Part shown: in pieces, positions 1 to 11,700 of the stretch
Layout of the letters: each line of letters starts with the position of its first letter
Numbering within the stretch: the first letter of the stretch is position 1
Assembly (NCBI RefSeq): GCF_039654945.1
Contig: NW_027361924.1
Span: 11,036,001-11,100,000 of the forward strand
Source: Dendrobates tinctorius
Taxonomy: Eukaryota
Direction: 5' to 3'
Length of the DNA stretch: 64,000 bases
The notes under the pieces: generated by a model
Told to the model about the DNA's origin: nothing
What the model saw: only the letters and a program-made list of their open reading frames with translations
Database searches by the model: none
Program-made: the position numbers and the translations under genes

Positions 1-1195
1 TGCTCTCTGTTATCAGCCAGGTCAGGAGATGAGGCCGACACTAGGACCGGCGAGGACAATCTACTGCTCTCTGGTATCAGCCAGGTGAGATGAGGCTGAC
101 ACTAGGACCGGCGAGGACAATCTACTGCTCTCTGGTATCAGCCAGGTGAGGAGATGAGGCCGACACTAGGACCGGCAAGGACAATCTACTGCTCTCTGGT
201 ATCAGCCAGGTCAGGAAATGAGGCCGACACTAGGACCGGCGAGGACAATCTAGTGCTCTCTGGTATCAGCCAGGTCAGAAGAAGAGGCCGACACTAGGAC
301 CGGCGAGGACAATCTACTGCTCTCTGGTATCAGCCAGGTCAGGAAATGAGGCCGACACTAGGACCGGCGAGGACAATCTACTGCTCTCTGGTATCAGCCA
401 GGTCAGAAGAAGAGGCCGACACTAGGACCGGAGAGGACAATCTACTGCTCTCTGGTATCAGCCAGGTCAGGAGATGAGGCCGACACTAGGACCGGCGAGG
501 ACAATCTACTGCTCTCTGTTATCAGCCAGGTCAGGAGATGAGGCCGACACTAGGACCGGCGAGGACAATCTAGTGCTCTCTGTTATCAGCCAGGTCAGGA
601 GATGAGGCCGACACTAGGACCGGCGAGGACAATCTGCTGCTCTCTGTTATCAGCCAGGTCAGGAGATGAGGCCGACACTAGGACCGGCGAGGACAATCTA
701 CTGCTCTCTGGTATCAGCCAGGTCAGGAGATGAAGCCGACACTAGGACCGGCGAGGACAATCTACTGCTCTCTGGTATCAGCCAGGTCAGGAGATGAGGC
801 CGACACTAGGACCGGTGAGGACAATCTACTGCTCTCTGGTATCAGCCAGGTCAGGAGATGAGGCCGACACTAGGACCGGCGAGGACAATCTACTGCTCTC
901 TGGTATCAGCCAGGTCAGGAGATGAGGCCGACACTAGGACCAGAGAGGACAATCTACTGCTCTCTGTTATCAGCCAGGTCAGGAGATGAGGCCGACACTA
1001 GGACCGGCGAGGACAATCTACTGCTCTCTGGTATCAGCCAGGTCAGAAGAAGAGGCCGACACTAGGACCGGCGAGGACAATCTACTGCTCTCTGTTATCA
1101 GCCAGGTCAGGAGATGAGGCCGACACTAGGACCAGAGAGGACAATCTACTGCTCTCTGTTATCAGCCAGGTCAGGAGATGAGGCCGACACCAGGA
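1..1195. repeat. 64-bp minisatellite (~18 copies) in TCTN3 intron
   Basis: Unit tgctctctggtatcagccaggtcaggagatgaggccgacactaggaccggcgaggacaatctac repeated head-to-tail. Confidence 0.95.
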
Positions 1196-1271
1196 ACAAT
1201 GAATCGACTGCTTTGGTAGATTTTGGGGGCAGGGGCCATATAATAAGTACCCGGGGGGGGGGTGTCCTTAC

Positions 1272-1395
1272 TTGGTGCTTCCAGGTAAACAGAAGGAGAA
1301 GACGTTTGTGGGGTCCGTGGACGCGCAGTCGGGGTCACAGCAGCAGTTAATGTCACAGCTCCCAGGCGTCAGGTCACAGGTGCAGATCGTCACAC
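1272..1395 (-). CDS. TCTN3: Tectonic-3 coding exon 2
   Basis: cag|...|gtaag, 124 bp; [40 protein letters not shown] matches the tectonic Cys-rich motif; VFSFCLPGS is TCTN3-like rather than TCTN1-like. Confidence 0.88.
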
Positions 1396-1782
1396 CTGAC
1401 GGAACAGAAGAAACTTTTATTCGCTTGGTATCTGCCACGTCCCTTTAAGAAGTGATTTCATGTAAGCAAAGGTTTTCATGGACTTTTCCTTTAAGAGATG
1501 ACGTCAGTTTCTGCATTACATATATCACATAGGGTTACTGCCTGCTCTTAAAGGGATAACGCCAACCTTCCATCTTCTCTTAAAAGGGGGTGATGGTATG
1601 AAGAGGCACTCTCCCTATAAGGGTGACGAACTCTACACACTAGCCCTTTAAGGCATGACGTCATGCAGACGCTTTCACATTGACTGGCTATGAGGTGACA
1701 TCACTCTTCCCTTAATCATGACGTCACTCAGACACGCCTCCTTTGCAGATTACGTCACCTTCTCCGCTGTCCCGCCTCTTAC

Positions 1783-1858
1783 CGGTTGCTGCTCCCCTGC
1801 AGCAATGTGCGGCCATGAGAAGCAACAGAGCGCCCGGTACGGCCTTCTCCGGCGCCAT
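1783..1858 (-). CDS. TCTN3: Tectonic-3 coding exon 1 (signal peptide)
   Basis: ATG 1858, MAPEKAVPGALLLLMAAHCCRGAAT, phase-1 gtaag donor joins exon 2 in frame. Confidence 0.8.
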
Positions 1859-1877
1859 TACCAGGCCCAGGCGTCCG

Positions 1878-1980
1878 GTTACCACAGAAACCGCCGCACA
1901 TGACGTCACTGACAAGCGCCGGAAGTTTTTACCCCTGGAACTTCCGCCGTCCGCCCTGTGCATGCCGGGAAATGTAGTTC
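1878..1980 (-). promoter_or_regulatory. TCTN3 promoter: X-box-like, CRE, ETS and ZNF143 motifs
   Basis: GTTACCACAGAAAC 1878-1891; TGACGTCA 1901-1908; CCGGAAGT ~1919-1926; ACTACAtttCCCGGCATGCA on the minus strand at 1959-1978. Confidence 0.65.
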
Positions 1981-2492
1981 TAGTGGTGAATGTGTGGAAT
2001 CCCCAGTGTGGGGCGCTGTGAGAGTCACAAGTGGGATATAACCGTGTAATAATGGTATTCTCCTCATCAGTCACCTCCTGGGTGGCAGAGCTGGCGACAA
2101 TCCCCAGCAATATCGGATTTATTGTGGACTTGTGGCATTTCCCAGTGTCTGGACACAATACACGGCGCGCCGCCACAGAATAACGTGCATGGAAGCCTAA
2201 GCGGACTATCAGACGCCAGATTAAAGGAATTCTCCGTATCTATGTGTCATTTTTCTTTGGGTATGAACGAGGACGACTTTTCAAATACATTTTTTTTTCA
2301 CAATTTTTATTGACTTTTGATTTCTTTTTGCTTTATAAAACATCGTCAGTATCGAAGATTTCTACCAAGATGTAAAAGTAACGAGCAGAATACGAGGCCG
2401 GCGCCGAGGGCTCAGCCTGAATCAGTGCCGATCACATCGGGCTCTTTACAGCAGCCGTAAATCAAGGCTCTGCTCATTTTACCACTTATCTC

Positions 2493-2508
2493 TGCCATCT
2501 AGTGGTCA
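2493..2508 (-). promoter_or_regulatory. CTCF motif between CD19 3' end and TCTN3 promoter
   Basis: Reverse complement TGACCACTAGATGGCA. Confidence 0.55.
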
Positions 2509-2711
2509 ATGTGAAAACTGCAAGCTAAATCCTGACTGTATTTGTGAGCTGCGATGGCTGTGATGGCGTCTCCTCTCCCCGATGCTGGGGCCTCGTCCAC
2601 ATCCCTGACAGCTCAGGGCAGTAAAATCGCCATCTGCAGCCCGGGACGTCAGCAGGCGATAGCGCCATTCTGCTCCATGGGCGCAGCCTGCGGACCGTCG
2701 TACTTGTGGAT

Positions 2712-2788
2712 TCAGGTCCAGTCCTGCCCCCCATAGTCCGCACTGATGTCGCCCGTGCTGCTGCGGGGTCTCGTCTGCTCCTCACAGT
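2712..2788 (-). CDS. CD19: CD19 probable terminal coding exon
   Basis: aacag| phase 1, CEEQTRPRSSTGDISADYGGQDWT*; AATAAA on the minus strand at 2306-2311. Alternative: previous exon reads through to the stop at 3969. Confidence 0.5.
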
Positions 2789-5700
2789 CTGTTGGTTTCA
2801 TAGGAAATGTAAAAATCTCCATCTTGCAAAAAAGAAACAAAGTGAGAAGAAGCAAGTAAAAAGTGGTACAATGTCTGCAGAAAAAGTGTGAGCATATACA
2901 ATGCCCATATAATACCGCCATACTGTGTCCAAGTACTAGCACCAGTGTGCAATAGCATCTATATCCAATGCCCATATAATACCGCCATATACTAATGCTA
3001 ATCTCATAAAGTGCACAACAGTATCAATATACAACTACCATGTAATACCTCCAAGTACTAGCACCATAGCAACACAGGTGTTAGAACAGTATATGGCGGT
3101 ATTATTCATGTAGTGGCACAGTTGTTATAGCAGTGTATGGCAGTATTATTTGGGTAGTAGCACAGTTAGAGCAGCGTATGGCGGTATTATTTGGGTAGTA
3201 GCACAATTATTAGAGCATTGTATGGCGGTATTATTCGGGTAGACATGGGCTTGGGTAGGCAGTGAGCAGTGTATGGCGGTATTATTCGGGCAGACTTGGG
3301 CTTGGGTGGGCAGTGTATGGCGGTATTATTTGGGTAGACATGCGCTTATGTGGGCAGTGAGCAGTGTATGGCGGTATTATTCGGGTAGGCATGGGTTTGG
3401 GTGGGCAGTGAGCAGTGTATGGCGGTATTATTCGAGCAGACATGGGCTTGGGTGGGCAGTGAGCAGTGTATGGCGGTATTATTCGAGCAGACATGGGCTT
3501 GGGTTGGCAGTGAGCAGTGAATGGCGGTATTCGAGCAGTCATGGGCTTGGGTGGGCAGTGAGCATTGTATGGCGGTATTATTCGGGTAGACTTGGGCTTG
3601 GGTGGGCAGTGTATGGTGGTATTTTTCGGGTAGACATACGCTTATATGAGCAGTGTATGGCGGTATTATTCGGGTAGGCATGGGCTTGGGCAGGCAATGA
3701 GCAGTGTATGGCGGTATTATTCGGGTAGGCATGGGCTTGGGTGGGCAGTGAGCAGTGTATGGCGGTATTCGAGCAGACATGGGCTTGGGTGGGCAGTGAG
3801 CAGTGTATGGCGGTATTATTCGGGCAGACTTGGGCTTGGGTGGGCAGTGAGCAGTGTATGGCGGTATTATTCGGGCAGACTTGGGCTTGGGTGGGCAGTG
3901 AGCAGTGTATGGCGGTATTATTCGGGTAGACATGCGCTTATGTGGGCAGTGAGCAGTGTATGGCGGTATTATTTAGGTGCTACATGGTGAGATTTCCTAA
4001 GCCACATACTTTGTTCCTGCAGCTCCGCGGACACTTTCTGTGGCTGATGGGTAGTGGGGTCCGCCAGATTTGCCGTCCTGCCCTCGGTCTGGTCCTCAGA
4101 GAATTTGTGTGAGGGGCGAAGGACACAGTCTGGTCGGGAGTACAGAGGAGTCTCCATGTTCTCGTAGGAATCTGCATCTGCTATAAGAATGGACATAGCT
4201 GGAGTAGTGGTGATACAGCTGGTATGGGGCGGTAATATTTATTACGTGGGCGGCTGGTTTGATCACAGTATCCCACAGCTCCTGCTGTCTCCTCCCCTTT
4301 TTCTTGCTGACTTCGCCCACCGGCGGTTACCACAGAGCAGTGCATTGTGGGATCTGTGAGGCCAATCTGAGGCAGAGCAGCTCTGTAATACCACATGTCT
4401 GACAGCAGGTGTCGCTACGCTGTGACTGGAGCGATGGTGTCTCACCTTCGTCTGGCGTCGTCCCCTCGTCTGCAGGACCCTCGGCCTTCGTCCGGACACA
4501 GATGGATCCTTTCATGTCTTCATACGACTGGGACCCTGAGACACGAGAAGAACATGGATGAAGTGGCGCCATTCTTATACCACAGCATCGCCCACCCAAG
4601 CCCAAGTCATGCGGGGTCCTGGGCCGCACCTTCCGAGCCGTCTTTAATTTCTTCATTGGTGTTCTCATAGCAGTCGCCATCTAGAAAACAGAAGAGGAGG
4701 CGTCAGCCGTGTCACCGGGACGGAGCCTGGACCTCACCCCGTCCCACTGTCACTGAGACCCATTTCACACACCAATTTTTTGCCGTCAGTCACAATCCGT
4801 TGGCTCGACGGATCCTGCGCCCATAGGCGTCCATTCTAGGAAACGCCGGCCGATTTTTCGACGGAGACAAAAAACGTTCCTCCGTCTGTCGTCTCCGGCC
4901 CAACGGACAAACAATTTTCGACAGATCCGGCGAACGACAGATGAAACGTGCGGCCATCCGCCGTTAATACAAGTCGATGAGAAAAAACCACATCCAGTGG
5001 CGTCAGTCGCAGGATCCGTTTTTTTCAAAATTTGATGGATTGCGACTGATGGCAAAAAACTGATGTGTGAAAGGGGCCGAACAGGTTAATATAAACCGAT
5101 ACACTCACGTTGGTTTTACTTTTTATTTTTTTATTATATTTTTAAACTCGACACTAGTACTCCCCCTAGTGAAAATCCTACACTTAACCCTAGTCCTCGC
5201 CTTCATCAGAGGCCTAACCCCAGTCCTAATCCTAAATCTAGTCCTAACTCTATCCCTAGTCTTAATCCTAACCCTGGTCCTAACACTGTCGTCAGAACGC
5301 TAACCTTAGGCCGGGTTCACATTAGGGGCAATGCGCTGACGGGATCCGTTACATCGCGGCACTAGCGTTATGTAACGGACGCGTTAACGCACTCACTGCC
5401 CGCAATGACAGTAACACATGCCAAAATCGTCACGCATTAGCGATGATGCGTTACTTCATCACCCACCCTCGAACGCGGTCTGCAGCGTTCGGGGGTGCGT
5501 CGGGTCTAGTGCACAGCAAACGGACATGTTCGCTGTGCATAGACCTGTATGGGCTAACGCATGGTAACAAACTGCCACCATGTGTTAGCGCATACCGTTA
5601 GCGCTAGGGGACAAAAGATGTCAAAATTGACATCAGCGTTAGCGCATCCATTTAACAGATCCGTTAAACGGATGCTCCTAACGCAATGTGAACCTAGCCT

Positions 5701-8700
5701 TAGTCCTAACTCTAACATTAATCCTACCCCTGAAACAAACTCTAGTTTTAATCCTAACCTTACATTAGTTTGTGAAAGTATTCACGCCCTTGGCATTTTT
5801 CGGATTTTGCTACCTCACAACCTGGAGGGGTTTTTTTACGGTTTGCATCGGTTCATGTAGAGAACATGCCGACAACTGTGAACATTTGATTTTCTTTTTG
5901 TTGTAAAGCAAATAACAAATAGGACAAAATAACTGAAAACTTCAGTGTGCATAACTATTCACCCCCCTAAAGTGAGTACTTTGTATAATCTCCTTTTGCG
6001 GCTATTACAGCTGTAAGTCCCTTTGGATAAGTGTCTATGAGCTTTCCACATCTTGCCACTGGGATATTTGCCCATTCCTCGAGGCAAAACTGCTCCATCT
6101 CCTTCAAGTTAGATGGTTTCCTCTGGTGAACAGGAATCTTCAAGTCTGACCACAGATTCTCCATTGGATTAAGGTCTGGGCTTGATGAGACCACTCCAAA
6201 ACACATACACGTTTCCCCTTGCACCACTCTAGTGTTGCTTTAACATTTTGCTTTGGGTCATTGTCTTGTTGGAAGGTGAACCTCCATCCCAGTGTCACAT
6301 CACTGACAGACTGAAATAGGTTTTGCTCAAGAATATCCCTGTATATCACACCATCAATCTTCCCATCAACTCGGACCATTTTCCCCGTCCCTGCTGCCGA
6401 AAAACATCCCCATAGTATAATGGTGCCACCACCATGCTTCGCTGTGGGGAGGGTGTTCTTTGGGTAAAGAGTTGTGTTGATTTGGCACCAGACATAGTGT
6501 TTACCTTGGTGGTCAAATAGTTTAATTTTGGTCTCATCTTACCACAGCACCTTCCTCCATACATTTGGGGAGTCTCCCACATGTCTTTTGGCAAACTCAT
6601 AATGAGCCTTCCAATTTTTGTGTATAAGTAAATGCTTTTTCTGCCCTCTCTTCCATAAAGGCCACCTCTATGGCGTGTACAGCTTATTGTGGTCGTACGG
6701 ACAGATACTCTCTGGGACCTCTGCAGCTCCTTCAGGGTTTCTTTTGGTCTCTGTGCTGCCTCTCTGATTAATGCCCTCCTTGCCTGGGCTGAGAGGTTTG
6801 GTAGGCGGCCCTCTCTTGGCAGGTTTGTTGTGGTACCATGTTCTTACCATTTGACGACAATTTATTTGATGGTGCTCTGGGGGATCATCAGAGATTGGGT
6901 TATAATTTATAACCCAACCCTAACTTTTTCTTCTCAACAACTTTGTCCCTGACTTGTTTGGAGATCTCCTTGGTCTTCATGGAATTGTTTGGAGATCTCC
7001 TTGGTATTCATGGTGTGGTTTGGAGATCTCCTTGGTCTTCATGGTGTTGTTTGGAGATCTCCTTGGTCTTCATGGTGGTGTTTGGAGATCTCCTTGGTCT
7101 TTGTGGTGTTGTTAGGAGATCTCCTTTGGCTTCATGGTGTTGTGTGGAGATCTCCTTGGTTTTCATGGTGTTGTTTGGAGATCTCTTTGGTCTTCGTGGC
7201 GTTGTTTGGAGATCCCCTTTGTCTTCATGGTGGTGTTTGGAGCTCTCTTTGGTCTTCGTGGTGTTGTGTGGAGATCTCCTTGATCTTCGTGGTGTTGTTA
7301 GGAGATCTCCTTTGGCTTCATGGTGTTGTGTGGAGATCTCCTTGGTTTTCATGGTGTTGTTTGGAGATCTCTTTGGTCTTCGTGGCGTTGTTTGGAGATC
7401 CCCTTTGTCTTCATGGTGGTGTTTGGAGATCTCTTTGGTCTTCGTGGTGTTGTGTGGAGATCTTGGTCTTCGTGGTGTTGTTAGGAGATCTCCTTTGGCT
7501 TCATGGTGTTGTGTGGAGATCTCCTTGGTCTTCATGGTGTTGTTTGGAGATCTCCTTGGTCTTCATGGTGATGTGTGGAGATCTCTTTGGTTAGTGGTAT
7601 CTCTTGGTAATGGTGTTGCAGCCTCTGTGGCCTTTCAGAAGAGGTAAAGTGTAAATACTGATAGACGTGTGACACAGATTGCACACAGAGGGACGTCCTG
7701 TCACTAAGCATGGGACTTAAGAAGGGAATTGCTTTTAACAGTAGTTTTTAGAGGCTTCATCGGAACAGGGGTGAATACATATGCCCAGGCCAATTTTTAG
7801 TGATTTGATCCCACAAATTTAATTTATGCCTATATTTTTCTCACTTCATCATCTTAGACTATTTAGTGCTGATGTATCACACACTCACATCGGATTACAG
7901 AAATATTTACACACAGGTTGTAATGTAACAAAATAGCCGCTGTACTTCTAACACTATCCGTAGTCAGTACTGTGACCCCAGTCCTAATCCTAAAGCTAGC
8001 TCCAATCACAACCATAGCCCCTGTCCTAATTCTAGTACTAGCCCTAGTCCTAACTTCACTCAGACCCTAACCCCAATCTTAATAATACTCTTAGCTCTAA
8101 CAAAAGTCCTAATCCTAAATATAATCCTAACTTTAACCCTAGTCCTCTTAACCCTAGTCCAAATTCTAGCCCTTGTCTTAATCCTAACCCTGGTCCTAAC
8201 ACTAACTGTTGTCAGAGCGCTAACCTTAGCCCTATCTCTAACTCTAATCCTATCACTAATATTAACCCTAGTCCCAACCCTACCCTAACTCTAACACTAG
8301 TCTTAATCCTAACCCTAGTCCTAACACTATCCCTGACTAAGTCGAGTCCTAAATCTAACGCTAGTCTTAATCCTAACCCTACTTTTAACACTAACTTTGG
8401 TCAGAAACCTAACCACAGTCCTAGCGCTAAACCTAGTCCTAATCCTATCCCTACTCAGAACCCTAACCCCAGTCCTAACTCCAGGACTGTAATATGTAGA
8501 TTATTATATCAGTAGGGATTTCGTATTGTCTTATTTACAGTTCATCCATCAGGTCACCCACCCTCTGTTCTCTCACAAAATTACGTGTGAGAGTGGAGGT
8601 GGGGAGCTGAGAGAGAGCACGGTGCAGCTTCTGCCATCTCAGTGGCTGCCTATGCAGAGCGCAGCAGTCAAGATGAGTTTGTAATTGGTTGCAGAGCTCT

Positions 8701-11700
8701 GCATAGCAAAGCTCACCTCATTATACTGAATGTTGCTGACAAAGCAGAGAGCAGCAACCAAAGACAAACTCCTCTCCACTGCTGCACTCTGCATAGGCCC
8801 TAACCTGGATGTCAGACCATCCCTAGCTGCCTTACTTATTTAATATAGACCTCCAGGGGGAGGCACACGACAAAAGAAGGGACCCCCATAGGTGACCCCA
8901 GATTTCCTGCCCATCACCGAGCTCACATTACCTATGGAATCCTCATGGTCGCCCCGATCCTTGGTGGGGTCCTCGTAGCAGCCACTTGCTGGTGAGAGAG
9001 GGTATTACATGTGTATTTTTGAGGGGGCGAAAGCAATGAAGAAGAGTGGAGAAAGGAGCAAAAATCATCAATAAAACGTTCTCACCATCGGACGCCTGAT
9101 CCCCTCCTTCGGCCATCGGCTCCAAATAGGAATCACCGCCTGGAAATGACATCATAAAGCAATTAAAGGGGAAGTCTGGGGAGCCGAGCGCGTCAGAGAG
9201 CGGGGCTGCTGAGTATGTCGCTCACAGAGGTCACTGACGACAAGCAGAGGTGCGGAAAATAGTTTGGAATTAAAATTGTGCTGGAAAGCTGCGGAACTTT
9301 TGCAGCGCTCACCGTCCCTTTAATGCATCCGGTTCTGGTAATGGTTTCTAACTGAACTCTGGAGACGATCAGAGAAATGTTTATGAGGCGAAGAAATTGG
9401 GGAAGCGTGACACAAAAACAAGAGAAAAAAATGTCATTTCCTCTTCTGATCTGACTGTTCGGGCTGGACGGCGCCCAAATGACTGATGAAATGCAAGTTA
9501 CTGATACTGGGGGGAGACACCGAGAAATGGACGATAAGGGGATCCATGGTCTCATAAATGACCCCAGACATGGAGACAACTGAGTGGATGGATCCCATGG
9601 AACAGAGATGGAGACTGAGGGGAGCACGACACAACTGGGGCCTGGAGTACGAGGCATGTGCTTCACTGTCATGGTGGGGCAAGAAGGGGCACAGAGAAGC
9701 CCCTCAGCCTTCCCCGCAGGATATTAGATACAAGAACATGGCAGCACACCCTTCTTCCCACCTGGACCTCTGCCATTTGTCCACCATTCACCAAGTCTCT
9801 CATCAGTCATTCCTTATCTGACTCCGCACTCGGCCCCACTAGAGAGCCCCTTTTACCTGACCCCCTCATAACCAGACGATGGAGAGCAACTCCTGGACCC
9901 CCAGGGACTTTACCATTACCAGATTACTGCCCTGGACCCCCCGCAACTTTAACATTACAAGGTCACTGCCCTGGACCCCCAGCGACTATTCCATTACCAA
10001 ATCACTGCCCTGGACCCCCTGCGACTTTACCATTACCAAATCACTGCCCTGGACCCCCCCGCAACTTTAACATTACAAGGTCACTGCCCTGGACCCCCGG
10101 AGGCTTTACTATTACCAGATCACTGCCCTGGATCTCTAGAGCTTTCCTGAGTTACTATTTAGGCATTGTATTGCAATGTTATAGCGATCGTAAATCAGTT
10201 TTTTTAGGGGCCTTGATGGCATTATTATTTGGGCACCATGTGGAGGTATGATTGTATGTGGTATGGGTACTATTAAGGCTTATATATATATGTAGAAGGT
10301 ATGTATTGAAATCACATTATACATATTGGTATGATGAAAATGACCCAATAATGAGGACCCCCATGTTACTGCTCTCAGAATGACATTTTCTATGTAACCG
10401 TCTGTTAGCTGTGATGTCCATTTATCTAACGTAATCTGCTCAATTTAGCATGAAGCAGACAATGTCTAAAAGGCCTGAAGAACTGAACAGGAGGAGACCA
10501 GAGGTGAGGCCTGAAGAACTGAACAGGAGGAGACCAGAAGTGAGGCCTGAAAAACTCAACAGGAGGAGACCAGAGGTGAGGCCTGAAGAACTGAACAGGA
10601 GGAGACCAGAGGTGAGGCCTGAAGAACTCAACAGGAGGAGACCAGAGGTGAGGCCTGAAGAACTCAACAGGAGGAGACCAGAGGTGAGGCCTGAAGAACT
10701 GAACAGGAGGAGACCAGAGGTGAGGCCTGAAGAACTGAACAGGAGGAGACCAGAGGTGAGGCCTGAAGAACTGAACAGGAGGAGACCAGAGGTGAGGCCT
10801 GAAGAACTGAGCAGGAGGAGACCAGAGGTGAGGCCTGAAGAACTGAACAGGAGGAGACCAGAGGTGAGGCCTGAAGAACTGAACAGGAGGAGACCAGAGG
10901 TGAGGCCTGAAGAACTGAGCAGGAGGAGACCAGAGGTGAGGCCTGAAGAACTGAACAGGAGAAGACCAGAGGTGAGGCCTGAAGAACCAGACAGGTGGAG
11001 ACCAGAGGTGAGGCCTGAAGAACTGAACAGGAGAAGACCAGAGGTGAGGCCTGAAGAACCAGACAGGTGGAGACCAGAGGTGAGGCCTGAAGAACTGAAC
11101 AGGAGGAGACCAGAGGTGAGGCCTCAAGAACAAGACAGGAGGAGACTAGAGGTGAGGTGCTCTGTAGAGCTCTTAGTAACCCATCTCCTTCTGCTCAGGG
11201 GTTAGAGCGCAACCCAGGATCCCGGACACATAATGAGACCGCGCCGCACTCACCCAGAGACAGGAAGGAGCTCTTGTCCGAATAACAATCGTCACCAACA
11301 ACTTTAGATGGAGACACGTTCTGGTAGGTGAAGTCCTGATCCTTGTGGGCGACGTCTGATCGTGCTGGCACAAAGAATAAAAAGATGAAGGCAATTATTA
11401 GTATTGTTGGTGTCATCTTCATAGTCACAAAGAAAAAGAGGATGGGAAATAGAAACTGGGAAAATACAAAAAAGAAAAATAGGAAGGAAGGAAAAAAGGA
11501 GAAAACGAACACAAGAAAAAAAAGGAAAATACAAAGAAGGTAAAAAGCAGAATAAGAAGATCAGTAATAAAAAAGGGAAAATATAAGGAAGGAAAAATGG
11601 AGAAAAAGAAAGATGGTAAATAAAAAAGAGGAAAATTCAAAGAAAGAAAAAAGATAAAAACAAGATGGGAAATATAAAAGTGAAAACATAAGGAAGCAAA

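Larger units (their letters stand above)
5140..8480. repeat. Degenerate telomere-like (CCTAAC/AACCCT) tract interrupted by a MITE and a Tc1
   Basis: cctaaccctagtcctaat variants at ~5140-5305, 5700-5760 and 7970-8480. Confidence 0.7.

Noticed and set aside
1-1195. CRISPR-like regular repeats (here and in other arrays)
   Set aside because: No unique spacers, no cas genes, eukaryotic context
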